The notes under the pieces: model-generated
The model's input: the letters and a program-made list of their open reading frames with translations, nothing else
The model's database searches: none
Told to the model about the DNA's origin: nothing
Source: Octopus sinensis
Lineage: Eukaryota
DNA length: 64,000 nt
Direction: 5' to 3'
Assembly: GCF_006345805.1 (NCBI RefSeq)
Contig: NC_043008.1
Coordinates: 78,368,001-78,432,000 of the forward strand
Made by a program: the position numbers and the translations under genes
Shown: in pieces, positions 35,801 through 49,830 of the stretch
How positions within the stretch are numbered: the first letter of the stretch is position 1
Layout: the number at the start of each line of letters is the position of its first letter

Positions 35801-37176
35801 AAAAATGATGATGATGATGATGATTACGATTACAATTTTATCACAAAATTAAATTTTTGTGCAAAGGCCAGTAATTTTAGAGGGAATTGGCCGATTACAT
35901 TGCCTCCCCACCAAAACTTGATTAATAATAAGGAGGAAGGGAAGGAAAATAAAAGTATTGTTTGTGCTTCCTTCAATTTTACTTAGGATAATGATATTCA
36001 GAAATATTTTATAATGATTAGAGAACGTAGCATTGTTTTTCAGAATGTTTAATCAAACAGTATTTCATTCTATTCACGTGCCCGCACTTTTTTTTTTTTT
36101 TTGTCTTTCATTTTTTCTTAATCTTTTAGCTCAAGAATTTTTAAGAATATACGTATATATTATTATTTATTAACTATGTACTTATTATACTTATTATATA
36201 ACTTTAAAATTATGCACCGAATAATGTAGCGGAAGCAAAGATGAGACTTAAAACGGGGAAATTTTACAACAACCAAAATTTGAATACATTTCAAATGCAA
36301 ATTAGACTAGAATTTAGTATTGTAATTTAAATGTCATTTCTTTCGTTAAATCGCATATACAGATAACGGGAAACTATATTCGATTGCATGGAAACTAATG
36401 CTTCTTAATTTTATCAAACTCTGGACGATGAAAGACAAAGCTGGAGCAGGTTACTATTTCTACTACTTCATAGCTTTGAGTTAAACTGATATGAATTTAA
36501 AGATTTAATTATGTATGAGTTATCTGATTGCCTTATGAATACCATATTAATTGAATACTCAAACTGTCATATATCATTTGTAATTAAACGTGTAATATAA
36601 CTCTTAATTGCGACAAGAATGTATGTTTAAAAGTGTATTTGGGTATAGAACCACTGTAACGAGTCTATGGAGCGATATGGCGCTACAATCCAAGAAATTT
36701 TAATAAAATCTGCAAAACATTTTTCATAGCAATGTATAACATATTGTGTATTCAATCATTAAAACTACGTATATCAAATATATATAGGATGTTATTGACA
36801 GTACAAGGACAGTAATTTGTGTCACTTGGTCCTTTTAAAACATTGTCACTTATATTACCTCATCAAAATAATAAATCTATTCTCATATATTTCTCTCCGG
36901 AAATAAATATTATGTCACTGGTAACATGTCACATCAAAATCAATAAAGATATACACGTTGCTTTTTATGATCACAGTTAATCCTACAGATAATACATAGC
37001 TAGGAAGGTTGTCTTAAGTGGTCAAACAGGTTTCGGACATTAATTATTAAAAATATGCATAACATATATTTATACATTCAACCATACACGCGCGCACTCA
37101 CACGCACGCGCATACACACACACTTATGCACACAAAATGGTGTCCCTCTCTCTTTCTATCGCTCGCTCTCTCTTCC

Positions 37177-37240
<64 letters not shown>

Positions 37241-37468
37241 CATATATAAAAGATCAAAATAAGCAACAAGGATATCCACAGGTAATGCAGTACGATCGTT
37301 TCATGCAACTCCATTTAATTAAACAATGCATTCATTTCATTACATCAATTTAAAATGTAGAGCAATTTTCAGCTGCGCAAAGACATAGAATTTAATTAAA
37401 TTAGAAGGACACATTAGTATAATTTTACCCAAAATCTCCAAGAGGATAAGGAGATAGACAAAGAACAT

Positions 37469-37535
37469 GTTTTACCAACAACATCACAGTTGTAACTGAA
37501 AATTTCAGTTGAAACTGTGATGTTGTTGGTAAAAC
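37469..37535. repeat. 67-bp near-perfect palindrome
   Basis: 33-bp arms (31/33 complementary) around a single A: gttttaccaacaacatcacagtt-gt-aactgaaa-a-tttcagtt-ga-aactgtgatgttgttggtaaaac. Confidence 0.95.
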
Positions 37536-37792
37536 CGATTGACATATAAACACTCTGAAATAATCTGACGTGAATGCCAAGGAGTACAGCACGTTGTTCC
37601 CAAATTTCTGGCAGAGTGAACTGCGTCATAGTGTTATCTCACAGACGGTGTCCAACTAACCCTACTATACTGTATAGTCGACAAAATAAAAAGCAAACAA
37701 TGCGCGTGCACGAAATTACAAACATAATGTGGCGACAATTTACCCATCACACCTTGCATGTGCGTATATATATATGTGTGTGTGTGTCTGTG

Positions 37793-37845
<53 letters not shown>

Positions 37846-39079
37846 ATTATCTAATTAGAAAACAATGAGAAAAGTTGTTGAAATAAGAGTAATGTAGAAG
37901 ATATTTTAAACCTTCATATTCAGAGCAACAGCTACAGTTTTCTTCATCCATCCCGACAATCTTATGTTGTCTTCCTATGAATGGAGATTTGCTTAGTTTC
38001 TATAATAAATTCGACATTATCCTAAATGAAAAGTAATAATCCTTTTAAATCTATTGAATTTTTTTTAAATATCATAGGTGCAATTTAAACCTGAATTACT
38101 AAGAAATCATTTGGAAGCTTGGTAAAAATGAAAACAGATGATATAAAGAAATCATAAAGTAATTTAAAAAATAACCTTTTTCGATACTTCAAAGGATTGA
38201 ATTTTAAATATTCTCACTAAATTTAATTTCTACCGCTTGATATTTATGAAGTGCAATTCATAGTTGCTTTAATGCGTCTATTTAATGCTGATACAAATAT
38301 ATTTACGTCAGAAATATACGCACTATCAAATGTTCATTAATATTTTACACACAACACACTACAGACGAACGATTGTATAATACAGAATATAATGCTGACT
38401 GGAAAGCTATTTTTGTTAGAACTTTCACTTTGAATTCTCGTTCAACAAGTGTAAAAAGATTTCAAAGAAAATGTCAATACCTATTTGCACATACTAAATA
38501 ATAGCGAGATGTTGTCAACTTTCTGGGTGTAATTTCAAAATGAAGTTGGTTTTATTCAAGAAGATTTCAGCATTTAGTTTCTATGTTCTGTTGCGTCAGT
38601 GTGCTGTAAATGTCTCTAATTTGGTGATTTCAAAAATTTGATCTGCTGTCAAATTTACGTAACACATTACGATTAACTGAAAAAAACCATACGTGTATAT
38701 ATACATAACAACATCATGCCTGCCTATATATATATCTATATATATATATCAACGCTGGTTGGCCTGGTGCTTACAGAGAGAAGATGCTACTTTTGGCTCC
38801 GTGAATAGAAAAAAGAACAAAAAGAAAAATTGTCACGGTTAGTCGATTTTTGACCTCCGAGCTGAGTAAGAATTTACTGTGCGTTTTCTTTTTTCAGTAG
38901 GTTTCTGCCTGGCTTTGGGGCGATTTTGTCTGCCTTGGCGGCTTTAAATTATGGCTCGCTCTAGCGAGCAAAAATATTGTGTTCTCATTGCCATAACGGT
39001 GAACTGAGAATTTTTTGAAAACTTCTTTGGAGTAAAATTCTGTGTGGCGTTCTTTTTTTTTTCGCCAAATAACTTGTAC

Positions 39080-39625
39080 ATCCAGATCTAACAGACAAGC
39101 AGAACGCTTTGTCGTTACGTTCAACAGAGCCCTAAGAACGGCGAATAAGGAAGTCTCAGATGAGGTTGCTCTACAACAATTCCCAAGTGTATTCTGAGTG
39201 ACCCCGAATCCAAACATACCAGCAGGTATGTCACCAGGTATGTCAATAAAATCAGTCTTCGACAAACTGTTACTTGGTGAGAAAAGAAAAATTGCATAAT
39301 ATTTCAAAATTGATGTCAATGTATTTGTTAAGGCATATAAGAACGGAAAACAAAGTTGGAAAGACGGAATAATTACCAAAAGCCTAGAAAAAATGCTATA
39401 TTTGGTAATAGGAAAAAAAAATTGGTATACAAGACACATAAATCAGCTAAGAACGATTCGTTCAGAGCGAACCCAAGAGAATGGAAAAACCAATGATACT
39501 TTTCAAGTACCATCGCAACTACAAATAATTGAACCCAGATCCGCAAACAAAAGAAGAAGAAATTATATGGAGTAAATATTTGTAACTGAAAAAAAACAAG
39601 GGTGGTGAGGTGATGTAAATATCAT
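39080..39625 (+). mobile_element. Gypsy (K02A2.6-like) integrase C-terminal fragment with probable PPT
   Basis: HPRSN.QAERFV.TF.RAL, TPNPN.PAGMSP, RHINQLR; purine tract then TG at ~39590-39615. Confidence 0.85.
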
Positions 39626-39740
39626 TAAATCCTTAAAATCCTTTAAAATGTTTTAGCCCGAAGGCTGCGGCCATGTTAAAAAAAATAAATAAAATTACAA
39701 TCCATGAGAAGAAAACTTTAAAAGGGAAGATGTTATTGGG

Positions 39741-39771
<31 letters not shown>

Positions 39772-39778
39772 CAATAAA

Positions 39779-40898
39779 TGAGGCCCCTGTATGAAGATTA
39801 GTGGTTAAAATAGATAAATATGTTTTTTAATGAAAATTTGATAATAATTTAACCTTATTTGAAAAGAAAATTTCAAACGCTACACCGAATCGCTTGTCAA
39901 ATGGTTTTATAGGAAGCGCGCCCGACAGTTTGCTGCCAGCCTGATGGCAAAAAATGTTCAAATGGCAGAATATCTTCCCCGAATGCGAACCTGGAAGGTT
40001 ACTTAAACGGGATTTGTCCCAAATTAAGCCCCCAAATTTCACCACCACCACGACCAGAAAATCAAAAAAGTAAAAGAACTAAATGGAACCGGGAAGAATA
40101 TAAAGAAGTAATATATGCTTATTACTTTGCATTAAGTAGGCCAACCCAAGAGAAACACACCACAAACTCCTACAGAATTTAGAGGAGCCGGATTCCAGCT
40201 AGCAGACCAAACCTGGATGAAAACAGATTAGCAAATGTTAGAATATAAAGCAAGACATGACAGAGTCGGCCAGTATTTACATTGGACAAGATGTCGGTAT
40301 TATAAAATCAAAACCGCTAACAAATGGTATAAACACCATCCTGAAGCTGTGACTGAGGGAGAAAATGTGTCGATTATATGGGACTTCCCCGTGCAGACCG
40401 AAAAAACAAAGAAAGCTAATAAACCGATATTATTATAAAAGATCAGACAAAAAAGATGCGTTTATTATTTGACATGAGTATTCCTTGCGATCACAATATA
40501 GCGGCGAAAGAATTTGACAAGATCAGTAAATATAAAGACTTGCTAATAGAAATTGAAAAAATATGGCATCTCAAGGCGAGTACAGTACCAGTGATTGCAG
40601 GATCTCTAGGAATGATAAAAAAAGGTACTGAAACCTATTTGAAAATGATACCAGGCTTACCATCCCTACAGGAAGTGAAAAAAATCGTATTAACTTGAAC
40701 GGCTCATGTACTGAGAAGAGCATTATCGCTGTGAAAACAACATCCATCCATGAATTTATTTATTTATTAATTTTTAAATACATATTTTACGTGTGAATTT
40801 GCGTGTGTAATCTGGGAATGCATACAATGAGCTTTTCTGCCCTCGGTGTAGGGAAAACACCCGGCGAGAAACGGAAGAAAATTTGAAGAAAGAAGGAA

Positions 40899-40900
<2 letters not shown>
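39779..40900 (+). mobile_element. Internally deleted R4/Dong element keeping both 5' and 3' ends, flanked by (TAA)n
   Basis: N-terminus RTKWNREEYKEVIYAYY..DENRLANV fused at ~40240 to EYKARHDRVGQYLHW..IIWDFPVQT..FDMSIPCD..KEFDKISKYKDL. Confidence 0.88.
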
Positions 40901-40934
<34 letters not shown>

Positions 40935-40937
40935 TAC

Positions 40938-40995
<58 letters not shown>

Positions 40996-40998
<3 letters not shown>

Positions 40999-41430
40999 TA
41001 GTTTTATTTTTATAGCGTGCTTTCACTTCACTACCGAGCGCAGCTCTGTGTGCCTTGGGTATGTGCTGTGATTTGTTGTGATGCTCTGATGGTTATTGTA
41101 TGGAAAGTGTTCTGCGTAGGATGTGTGCAGTGCCTAGTAGTGCAATTTTCTGTATGTTATATGTGTTTGTAAGTCCTGGTGTTTTTGTTATGTATTTGTC
41201 TGAATATTTTTTTATCATGCCTAATGCACCTACTATGATAGGAATTGTTTCTGTTTTCAGGTTCCACATTCTAGTTACCTCTATTTCCAGGTCTTTGTAT
41301 TTTGAGAGTTTCTCCATTTCTTTTAGAGACACGTTGTCATCTGCCGGTATTGATACATCAATTAGAAAGCATTTTTTTTCTTCATGATCTCTGACAACTA
41401 TATCTGGTCTGTTGGCCTTAATTTCTCTAT
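40996..41430 (-). mobile_element. R4/Dong 3' end, tail-to-tail with the previous element
   Basis: KEMEKLSKYKDLEIEVTRMWNLKTETIPIIVGALG..IQKIALLGTAHILRRTLSIQ*; (TTA)n on both sides. Confidence 0.92.
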
Positions 41431-41450
41431 CTCTATTATTATTATTATTA

Positions 41451-41481
<31 letters not shown>

Positions 41482-41516
41482 TATTATTATTATTATTATT
41501 ATATTATTATTATTAA

Positions 41517-41560
<44 letters not shown>

Positions 41561-41739
41561 TATTATTATTAAACACCCCTCCCACATGACGAGTGGTTTG
41601 TGCTTGTCTTACAAATACTGTGACGTAGGAAGTCGGGTCGTCGAGAAGTCAGCGACGTCGGTCATAGATAGTCGTGTCTCTACTGCTATACCGAAGTGGA
41701 CGTTATAACAGTCCGGTGTTGGATTACATCAATATAATA

Positions 41740-42800
41740 CAGTGATACTCGCAGTAGAAGTTTAATTCGTTCCATGACCGAACTCGTTTTATGATTTACT
41801 CGTTTTACAAATCAAGTTTCCCATTGAAATTAACTAAAATACAATTAATCCGTTCTAGCCCCACCCCACCCCAAACCACCCAAAAAATTTTTATGGGTTT
41901 TAAAACAGAAACGGTATAGTTACAAGTAAAATGACAATTATTAAAAAAATGGAAAAAAATATGTAAACTGGTTTTATTAACTGAATTACCATAAAGATTT
42001 GTGCGCGAGGTGGCGAAGGAGAGGGAAGGAGGAGAATTACTGTTTGGAAGGGGTTTCGCCTTCCATTAAGACTTCAGGAAGAACAATTTCTTGTCTTTTT
42101 CTCTGTCATTTGGCTTGATTTAGGCTTTTTTGACACACTTTCTCCACTTTTTACATTTACATGTCGTTTCATTAGAGGCATATCAAGAGAAGTCTGTTTT
42201 CCAAACTGTTACGAAAATACACCAGAGCAGTGTCATTAAATAAAGCAGCTGCCCGACCTGTAGCTACTTTTTCAGGATGATATTTTTCTACAAATTCAGA
42301 AACATACTGCCACTTTGCCAACACTGCCTTTATGTCACTCGTAGAGATAACATTCCCCGCTACACTGTCCTCTTCCACCACATCTAAATGCTGCTGTTCC
42401 TGAAGCTGCTGGAGTTCATTTATCGTTAGCTCCTTTGAATGTTTTTCGACGATATCGTTAATATGTCATTCAACCTCAAACTCATGGACTTGTCAAGAGA
42501 CATAATCTCTTCGACTACAGGTATCTCAGACTCAAACCCCTCGAAGTCTCTTTCGGATACGCATTCAGGCTACAGTTTCCTCCATGCAGAATTCAGCGTT
42601 CTTCTCATTACAGCCTGCCAGGACATATCGATGATTTTTAGGCAGTTTACAATGTTCTAGTGCTCCTTCCAAGTTCAGGAAGGGTTAGATTTGTATTTCT
42701 GGTAACTTCAAAGCACCGATAAAACAGGTGCTTGGTGTACAATTTCTTAAAATTAGAAATGACCTGTTGGTCCACGTGCTGCAAGATGGAGGTGGTGTTA
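41740..42800 (-). mobile_element. Tigger/pogo-like DNA transposon, 3' part
   Basis: TA then TIR-like cagtgatactc...gtttaattcgttcc; NTTSILQ.VDQQVISNFKKLYTKHLF, FVEKYHPEKVATGRAAALFNDTAL. Confidence 0.88.
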
Positions 42801-42829
42801 CGTAAAAAGTACAGAAACTTTATAAATTC

Positions 42830-43250
42830 ACTAGCAGAGATACCCGGCGATGCCTTGTTACATTCAATTGAAGAATTATACTTTTCTGTTATATTTTCTG
42901 TAATGAACTGGAATATCTATGTTTCGAATTTCATCAAAATTGCAGTTGAGGGTTATTTCCCTCTTTACATACCCCCAAAAAATTGTAATCGTGCCACATG
43001 TATCCCATATTACTGATTTTTATGCGCATATTCCAAAATTCCAGTCTTATTGAACCTGTTAAAAAGATTTTGCTCCTGAAAAATGAAGGTCATGGAGCTC
43101 TAAAATGTGAGAGTTAAGGTCCCTTTTGGGGGTGGGCATCTTAATGTCAACCAGAGAAATTGAATTGTTGAGAATCTTTTTAACTTGGGTCTTATATCTA
43201 TTGTTTGAATTTCTTTGAAATAGGAAATATATGTTTGTAAAAGAGAACAA
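42830..43250 (+). mobile_element. Helitron/Helentron-like non-autonomous element, 5' part
   Basis: Starts actagcagagatacccggcgatgcc, typical of HINE-like ends; boundaries uncertain. Confidence 0.45.
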
Positions 43251-43389
43251 AGCTACAGGAAACCAAAAGACGAATGATCACAATAAGCAGTCAGTTACCC
43301 TACCCTAGTCGTTACCACTCCCAATGTAGGATTCCTCACCATTCGGTGACAGGCATAGCCGTAAGATGCATTACGAATCTATAGCAATT

Positions 43390-43410
43390 GGATTTCCAAT
43401 TGGGTGTTAT

Positions 43411-43468
<58 letters not shown>

Positions 43469-43470
43469 GA

Positions 43471-43547
<77 letters not shown>
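43390..43547. repeat. (GATA)n microsatellite
   Basis: Seen directly. Confidence 0.97.
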
Positions 43548-43549
<2 letters not shown>

Positions 43550-43811
43550 CAAACACATATACAAAGATAAATTGATAGATAATGAGTGGGCAAACAAAAG
43601 TATGAGACTCAGCCTAGTGCTTTTTTTATGTTGATAAGCCTGGTACTTATTCTATTAGTTTGTTCTTGTGAAACCAGTAAGTTATATGGATGTAAATAAA
43701 TGAATAGCAGTTGTGAAGCAGTGATGAGAAACACAAAGACACACACATAGACTTACATATATATATGATTGGTTTGTTTCAGTTCCTGTCTATGAAATCC
43801 ATATATATTGT

Positions 43812-45410
43812 TGTTGGCATCCTTTTTGTCTCGGGAGACAATGGAGTTGTGCATAAAATAATCTAGTCCAGCTTTTACATTTCATGTCCTAATACATCTC
43901 CTGCTCTGGCTGTGTAGTCCTATCCTGGACAAACACTCCCTCTGGCAGGTGCCGCAAATGTAGCGAAGACTTTGCCTGGCTGGTTGTAATGTTATAGTTT
44001 CTTGTTGACGTCTTTCCTTGTCTTTCCATTTCTCCTCCCTCTCTATATCACTCCTTTGTGTTTCCTCTTTTACGATACGTCGCCAAACTCCACGGTCGCT
44101 GGCAACTGCTTCCCAGCTACTAATATTGATGTTGCAGGCATTCATGTCCCTTTTGCAAACATCCTTGTATCTAAGAACGGTCTTCCCACAGACCTAGTGC
44201 CCCTAGCAACCTCTCTGTTGAGTATGTCCTTGGGGATTCTGCCATCTTCCATACGGCTAACATGCCCAAGCCATTTCATACGTCTTTGTGCGAGGAGTGC
44301 AAACATGCTTGGTATTCCTGCTTGCTTGAGGACATCTTTGTTGGGGACATGATTCTGCCATTTGATGCGAAGGATTTTCCGGAGGCAGCGCAGGGGAAAT
44401 ATATTTAGGCGACGCTCTTGGCGTGTGTATGGCGTCCATGTCTCACTTCCATACAGTAGATTTAGACATGCCTGGTAAATCTTCATTTTTGTGGTCTTGG
44501 TCAGCTTATTGTTGTCCCATGCCCGTTTGGAGAGTTGGGCCATCACAGCAGCTGCCTTGCCAATGCGTATACTGAGCTCAGCATCAAGGGATAGGTTGTA
44601 GGTGACGGTAGATCCAAGATAGGTAAACTTCTCCAAATCTTGTAGTCTGTGGTCTCCAATATGTATGTTTGGGATGTCCGATGTAGCCTGACCCATGATG
44701 TTGGTCTTCTTGGGGCTGATAACTAAGACAAATTTGTTACATGCTTGCTCAAAACAGTTGATGAGCCTTTGGAGGGCTTCTTCTGTGTGTGATACCAGAG
44801 CGGCATCATCAGCAAATAGCATCTCCTTGATCAGAACGCTTCTGATTTTGGTCTTGGCACGCAGTTGCGAGAGATTGAACAGTTTCCTGTCACTTCTACT
44901 GTGCAGAAACACTCCATCATCTGATGTCTCAACGACATGTGACAGCAGGAGCGAGAAGAAGATGCCAAATAATGTAGGAGCAAGGACACAACCTTGCTTT
45001 ACCCCGTTTTTGATTTGGAAGGCGGCTGATGTTGAACTATTGTGCTGTATGGTGCCTTGCATATCATCATGGAAAGATTTGATGATCATCAGCAGCTTTG
45101 GTGGACATCCGATTTTTTGGAGCAGGATGAAGAGGCCTTTTCTACTTACCAAGCCAAAGGCCTTTGTCAGATCAATGAAGGGCATATATAATGGCATTTT
45201 CTGCTCTCTGGACTTCTCCTGAAGTTGGCGTATGGAGAATATCATGTCAATAGTTGATCTGCTTCTTCTAAAGCCGCACTGCGATTCTGGATAAATTCGA
45301 GAAGCAAGCAGTTGCAGCATAGACAGGATAATGCGAGCAAAGGCCTTTCCAACAGTGCTTAGAAGAGCTATTCCATGGTAATTGTTACAATCACCACGGT
45401 CACCTTTGAT
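43812..45410 (-). mobile_element. RTE (BovB-like) LINE, 5'-truncated, 392-aa RT frame open
   Basis: PESQCGFR..STIDMIF..RQLQEK, FIDLTKAF, GVKQGCVLAPTLF, MLFADDAALV, FTYLGS, WLGHV.RM.DGRIPKDIL; C-terminal CxxC..SRIGLHSQ. Confidence 0.95.
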
Positions 45411-45574
45411 TTTCTAAAAATATCTCTTATTTCACCATGGCAGCTGTGAATTGGTCATCATACCTTACCTGTTTCTGTGTTTATTACTTACCCGATGATG
45501 GCGGGGTTTTTATCATGCAATCTAAAATGCACCAATAGAATACTACCGAAACAGTTGTGAATTTTAAACTCTGC

Positions 45575-45834
<260 letters not shown>

Positions 45835-48556
45835 TTAAAGTGTTTCAGCTTTAAAGCTGTGGTCATGCTTGGGCGTTAGCTGTACTACAGCATAATTTGA
45901 AAACTCCTCTGATATGTGGCATTTGGTGAATGAGGGAGTTTGACGCCGTTGCCTTTATCTGTGTTTCCTGCCGTGAAGTAGGCTCATCTTGAATCCTTGA
46001 CAATAGGAGATCCAGTTTTGTTTTGAAGCCACCTACATTCACACCATGCAGGTTTCTCAGGAATTTTGGAAGGATATTGAAGAGTTGTGGGCCCATGAAA
46101 CCCAAGCTGTTTCAGTATCTGATCTTGTATTTTGATGGGGATGCTGGGATTTTTAGCACTATGCAGTGGTATCCCGTTCTGCTGTTTGTGTAACTTACAA
46201 TGCCAGCGTTTTGTACAAGGCCTTCCAGGATTTTCCAGATGTCTATCACTGCATATTTTTCCCATCTTCACTCCAGATCTCTCCCAGTAGCTGATACGTT
46301 GCATTGAGACTGTTTTCTTTGTATAGCTTCGTTGGATTGCTTCGAGCTCCGCCGTTAATTTTATTTTGTGTAGTGAGCAGCAGTCCAAGCGGCTGAGGAT
46401 ATATGCCCTCCAAAGGACCATCATTATCTCCTTTTCTCTCGTTTTGAAAGTTTGGAGGATCCAGCCAGCCAGCCGTCTGCATTTTATTGCCAAATATATA
46501 ATATGCACCTGGAAAGATGCATCATTGCTCATGTCAATGTCCAGGTCAAGCACCGATTTTGATTCAGGGATTGTAATCCCTCCTGGACCAGTGTGGCCTA
46601 TCTTCATGATGTTCAGCTTTATGTGCTGGTAGCGCAGGGCTTGGAATTTTCCTGAATTCAGCTGCATGTTTTTGTCCTCAGCCCACCTATATAATGCATC
46701 CAACTCCCGTTGCCGATGCACAATATTTCCAGAATTTTGCATTGTCTGAGAGACTTTTGTGTCATCTACATAGCTAGCTAGCAGGGGTGGCTATCTGAGA
46801 GGGCCTCTATGAATAGCAGGGGGTTTAAGACGGTGCCTTGTGGAACACCACTTACTGTGTTTCCACCACTGCCTGACATCTATCTTTTAGAAAGTCGTGT
46901 AGGCACTCTCCAAGTTTTCCGACTATACCGAGATCATGCAGTTTGTTAAATATCATACCATGGTCGACTTTATAAAAGTCACATCATCACTTGAGTCATT
47001 TAGCAGCTGTTTTAATACCCAGTCGTATTGTTGCAAAAGATGTGTCAGGCAGCTTCTACCTGGTTGCAATCGATGATGGGTGTCAGTCAACAAGTCATTT
47101 TCCTCGAGGAATGCGATTAGTTTATGCAGACTATACGTTCCATGACTTTGCTGATGTTTGATGTCAGAGAGATAAGCCTATAATTTTAACATCAACTCTG
47201 CTTCCTCCTTTATGGATAGGGTATATTATTCCTTCCTTTAGTTTGTCAGGGGGCTTCCTACCTGCAAGAAAACTGAAAAAGAAGCTGCAGCGGTTTTGCA
47301 AGGGCTCGTTTGCACGATTTGAGGTTTGCTGGGAATCCATCAGGGCCACCAGCTGAGTTTGTGTTAACCTCATCTATGGCCAATTTTACATCTTCTTTAA
47401 TATTGATGTAATTAATTTTCGCCACTTTGGTTACAGGTAAAGTGGCAAAGAATTCTGCTGGTTTGCGTCCAAGAGGTGTAGTGAACACACTTTGGAACAG
47501 CTCGTTCAGTATTTCACTTACCCTCAGGTTTACTGAGAGGGAGCCTTCTTTTCGGAAGAGAGGTCCTATCTTGTGGAGTACTGAGGTTGTTTCTTTAGCA
47601 AAATTAGAGAAAACTTTAGGGTTCGACTTGATATTTTCTATAACGCAAGCTTCCTTATCTGCTCTCTCTCTCTCTTTCGTGAGATTGATGCAGACTTTTC
47701 TCAATCTCCAACAGTACTCCCGCCAGGAGTGACTTCTCACCACTTTTGGGGTGCTTGCTCAGTCGGTTCACAATCTTTGTCCGTCGTCTCATAAGACTCT
47801 TCCTTTCCCTAGGGATCCTGTTTTGTATGTGTTAGCCATGCGCTCTCGAACGGATTTTGTCAGATATGGCTCGCATTATGGATATGAAATATTTGTTTCA
47901 TGTCAATGTCTGGTCAATCCTAAATGGCAATTCCTGTTTGAGGATCTCTTTCTCAATCAACTCCCAGTTTGATTTATGAAAATTCAGGTTGGAGAGATTC
48001 GGGGTACTTTGTATAGGCTTTATGCCTGTAGGGGCTTTTGGTCCACAGATAGACATCTCTATTATGTTGTGATCCGAGACTAGCCTCGGTGTCACTTTAA
48101 CATTATGAATAATGTCAGTATTGTTTGTGAAGCAGAGATCCAGTATATCATTTGCTCTGGTTGGTTGCAGCACAATTTTCTCCATGAAAGAAGCATTGGT
48201 AAATAGAGCAGATTCTCCGCTTGCGCTAGCTGGTGCTGTGTTATTGCTGGGGGGCCAGATGATCCCCCAGGACATCCCACACTGGGGAAGTTAAAACCAC
48301 CCAAAAGGTATACACGGACATGTTGTTCCAGTTTAGTGAGAGCTTCTCCTATCTTTGCTAAGCAGTCCTCAAACTTACGTGTATGATTTGGAGAATCAGG
48401 TTGGTGATATGTAGTACATATGACAATATTAAGTTTCTTATGTGTACAATTTGAGTGTCATACACTGAATTTGAATATGACAGTAGGATTTGAGAGGGGA
48501 GATCCTCTCGGATGTACACAGCAACTCCACCCATAGCTCCGTTCTGTTCTATCTGA
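45835..48556 (-). mobile_element. CR1/L2-group LINE ORF2 remnant (endonuclease, RT, C-terminus); same family as 33640-34400
   Basis: GGVAVYIREDL, LGGFNFP, QPTRANDILDLCFTNN..SDHNIIE, NPKVFSNFAK, AGGPDGFPA, IYPIHKGG, HGFR.GRSCLT, QLNSGKFQAL..ELEAIQRSYTK..ATASNSL. Confidence 0.92.
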
Positions 48557-48656
48557 GCGTGATATATATACATATGTGTGTGTGTGTGTGTGTGTGTGTC
48601 TGTGTGTGTGTGTATGTGCGTGTGTGTGAATGTGTATGTCTCTCTCTCTCTCTCAC

Positions 48657-48706
<50 letters not shown>

Positions 48707-49119
48707 TTTACTCGATTGCTTGGAAGTGCTCAGGTCGAATACGAGGCGTTAGATATTGTATAACTTGGTATAAGAAGAGACAAAAATTTAGATAATCATT
48801 TATGCTTTTTGTTTAAATCAACATAATAAATACATAAATACATACATACGTATAACATGAAATTACAAGACAAGAAATGTATTTAGAAAGAAATATAAGT
48901 TATATGCAGTAAAAATGTACATGAAAAGGGTAAATAAATAAAGGTTGCTATATCGATTAGAAATCGTACTAAATTTAAATTTAAGGTTAAAGGACGTTGA
49001 AATAAGGATTAAAAGTTATAGAATACATCGGCAGTAGTAGGAAATCCTAATTATGGATTTAAAATTTTAGAAGAATTCTGAAGAAATGTTTTATAGTGGG
49101 TTATAACGTCAATATGTAG

Positions 49120-49830
49120 CAATTCGACAGCCGTTTCTGGAGTCCATTAGTCAGCTGGTATAAATCCTTTAGATTCATACTGACATGTCCACTTTATCAG
49201 GAATAAGTAAATAGATAACTAATCAAGTTCGAAAGGAAGGCAAAAAAGGAAATGTTTGGTTACATTGCGTTAGTCGTCGGTTACTCCATCAGATAGTAAT
49301 CACTTTTATGATGATTCACACTTACCTATGAAGAATGATGTGAGAATAATAAATAGAAGGTCGATTTTCCAATAAATTCTGGGAAAAATTACTAATAGAG
49401 GAAGAAGCAGGGCTGCCAAATGCTTCATTCCTTATATCTCATCCTATAAAGTTTCATAAAAGATGAGTGAAATTTATGAGTACATGAATGATTGGTATCA
49501 GAGAATTTATTTAATCTGCCCGAATTGTATGGTTTTAGAATAATGTATGAGTCTCTAATGCATAAATTGCATTTGTTATTTGCTAGTATAGACCAAGAAA
49601 TCTTATGATTAATCATGTTATTCCTTAAATTATGTATATATGTGGCTAGAGTAGTATAATTTTTATATTTAATGTTTGTAAATGAATTTAAATGCGTTCT
49701 ATATCTTATTTTTTAATTCAAAAGTACTACCTATATATGTTCTAGCCTGATACTTATCTGATACTACTGTACATTCATATACTACATTTTTACGGAGGCA
49801 GAATCCTTCAAGCAGACATAAATCTTCATA
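49120..49830 (-). mobile_element. Penelope-like (Neptune-type) GIY-YIG endonuclease fragment plus 3' region with a degenerate hammerhead (49121-49160)
   Basis: LEGFCLRKNVVYECTV..TYIGST..ISWSILANNKCNLCIR; sense ctgactaa-tggactcca-GAAA-cggctg-TC. Confidence 0.75.

Noticed and set aside
44142-45320. 392-aa ORF as a host or domesticated gene
   Set aside because: Typical 5'-truncated RTE RT with a frameshifted C-terminus and an intact LINE tail; no evidence of domestication.
45484-45530. U1 snRNA-like TACTTACC, or a minus-strand 30-nt micro-exon (45492-45521, LHDKNPAIIG)
   Set aside because: The U1 match stops after 8 nt; the micro-exon has good splice sites but is isolated, on the opposite strand to the other candidates and wedged between repeats, so it is not supportable.
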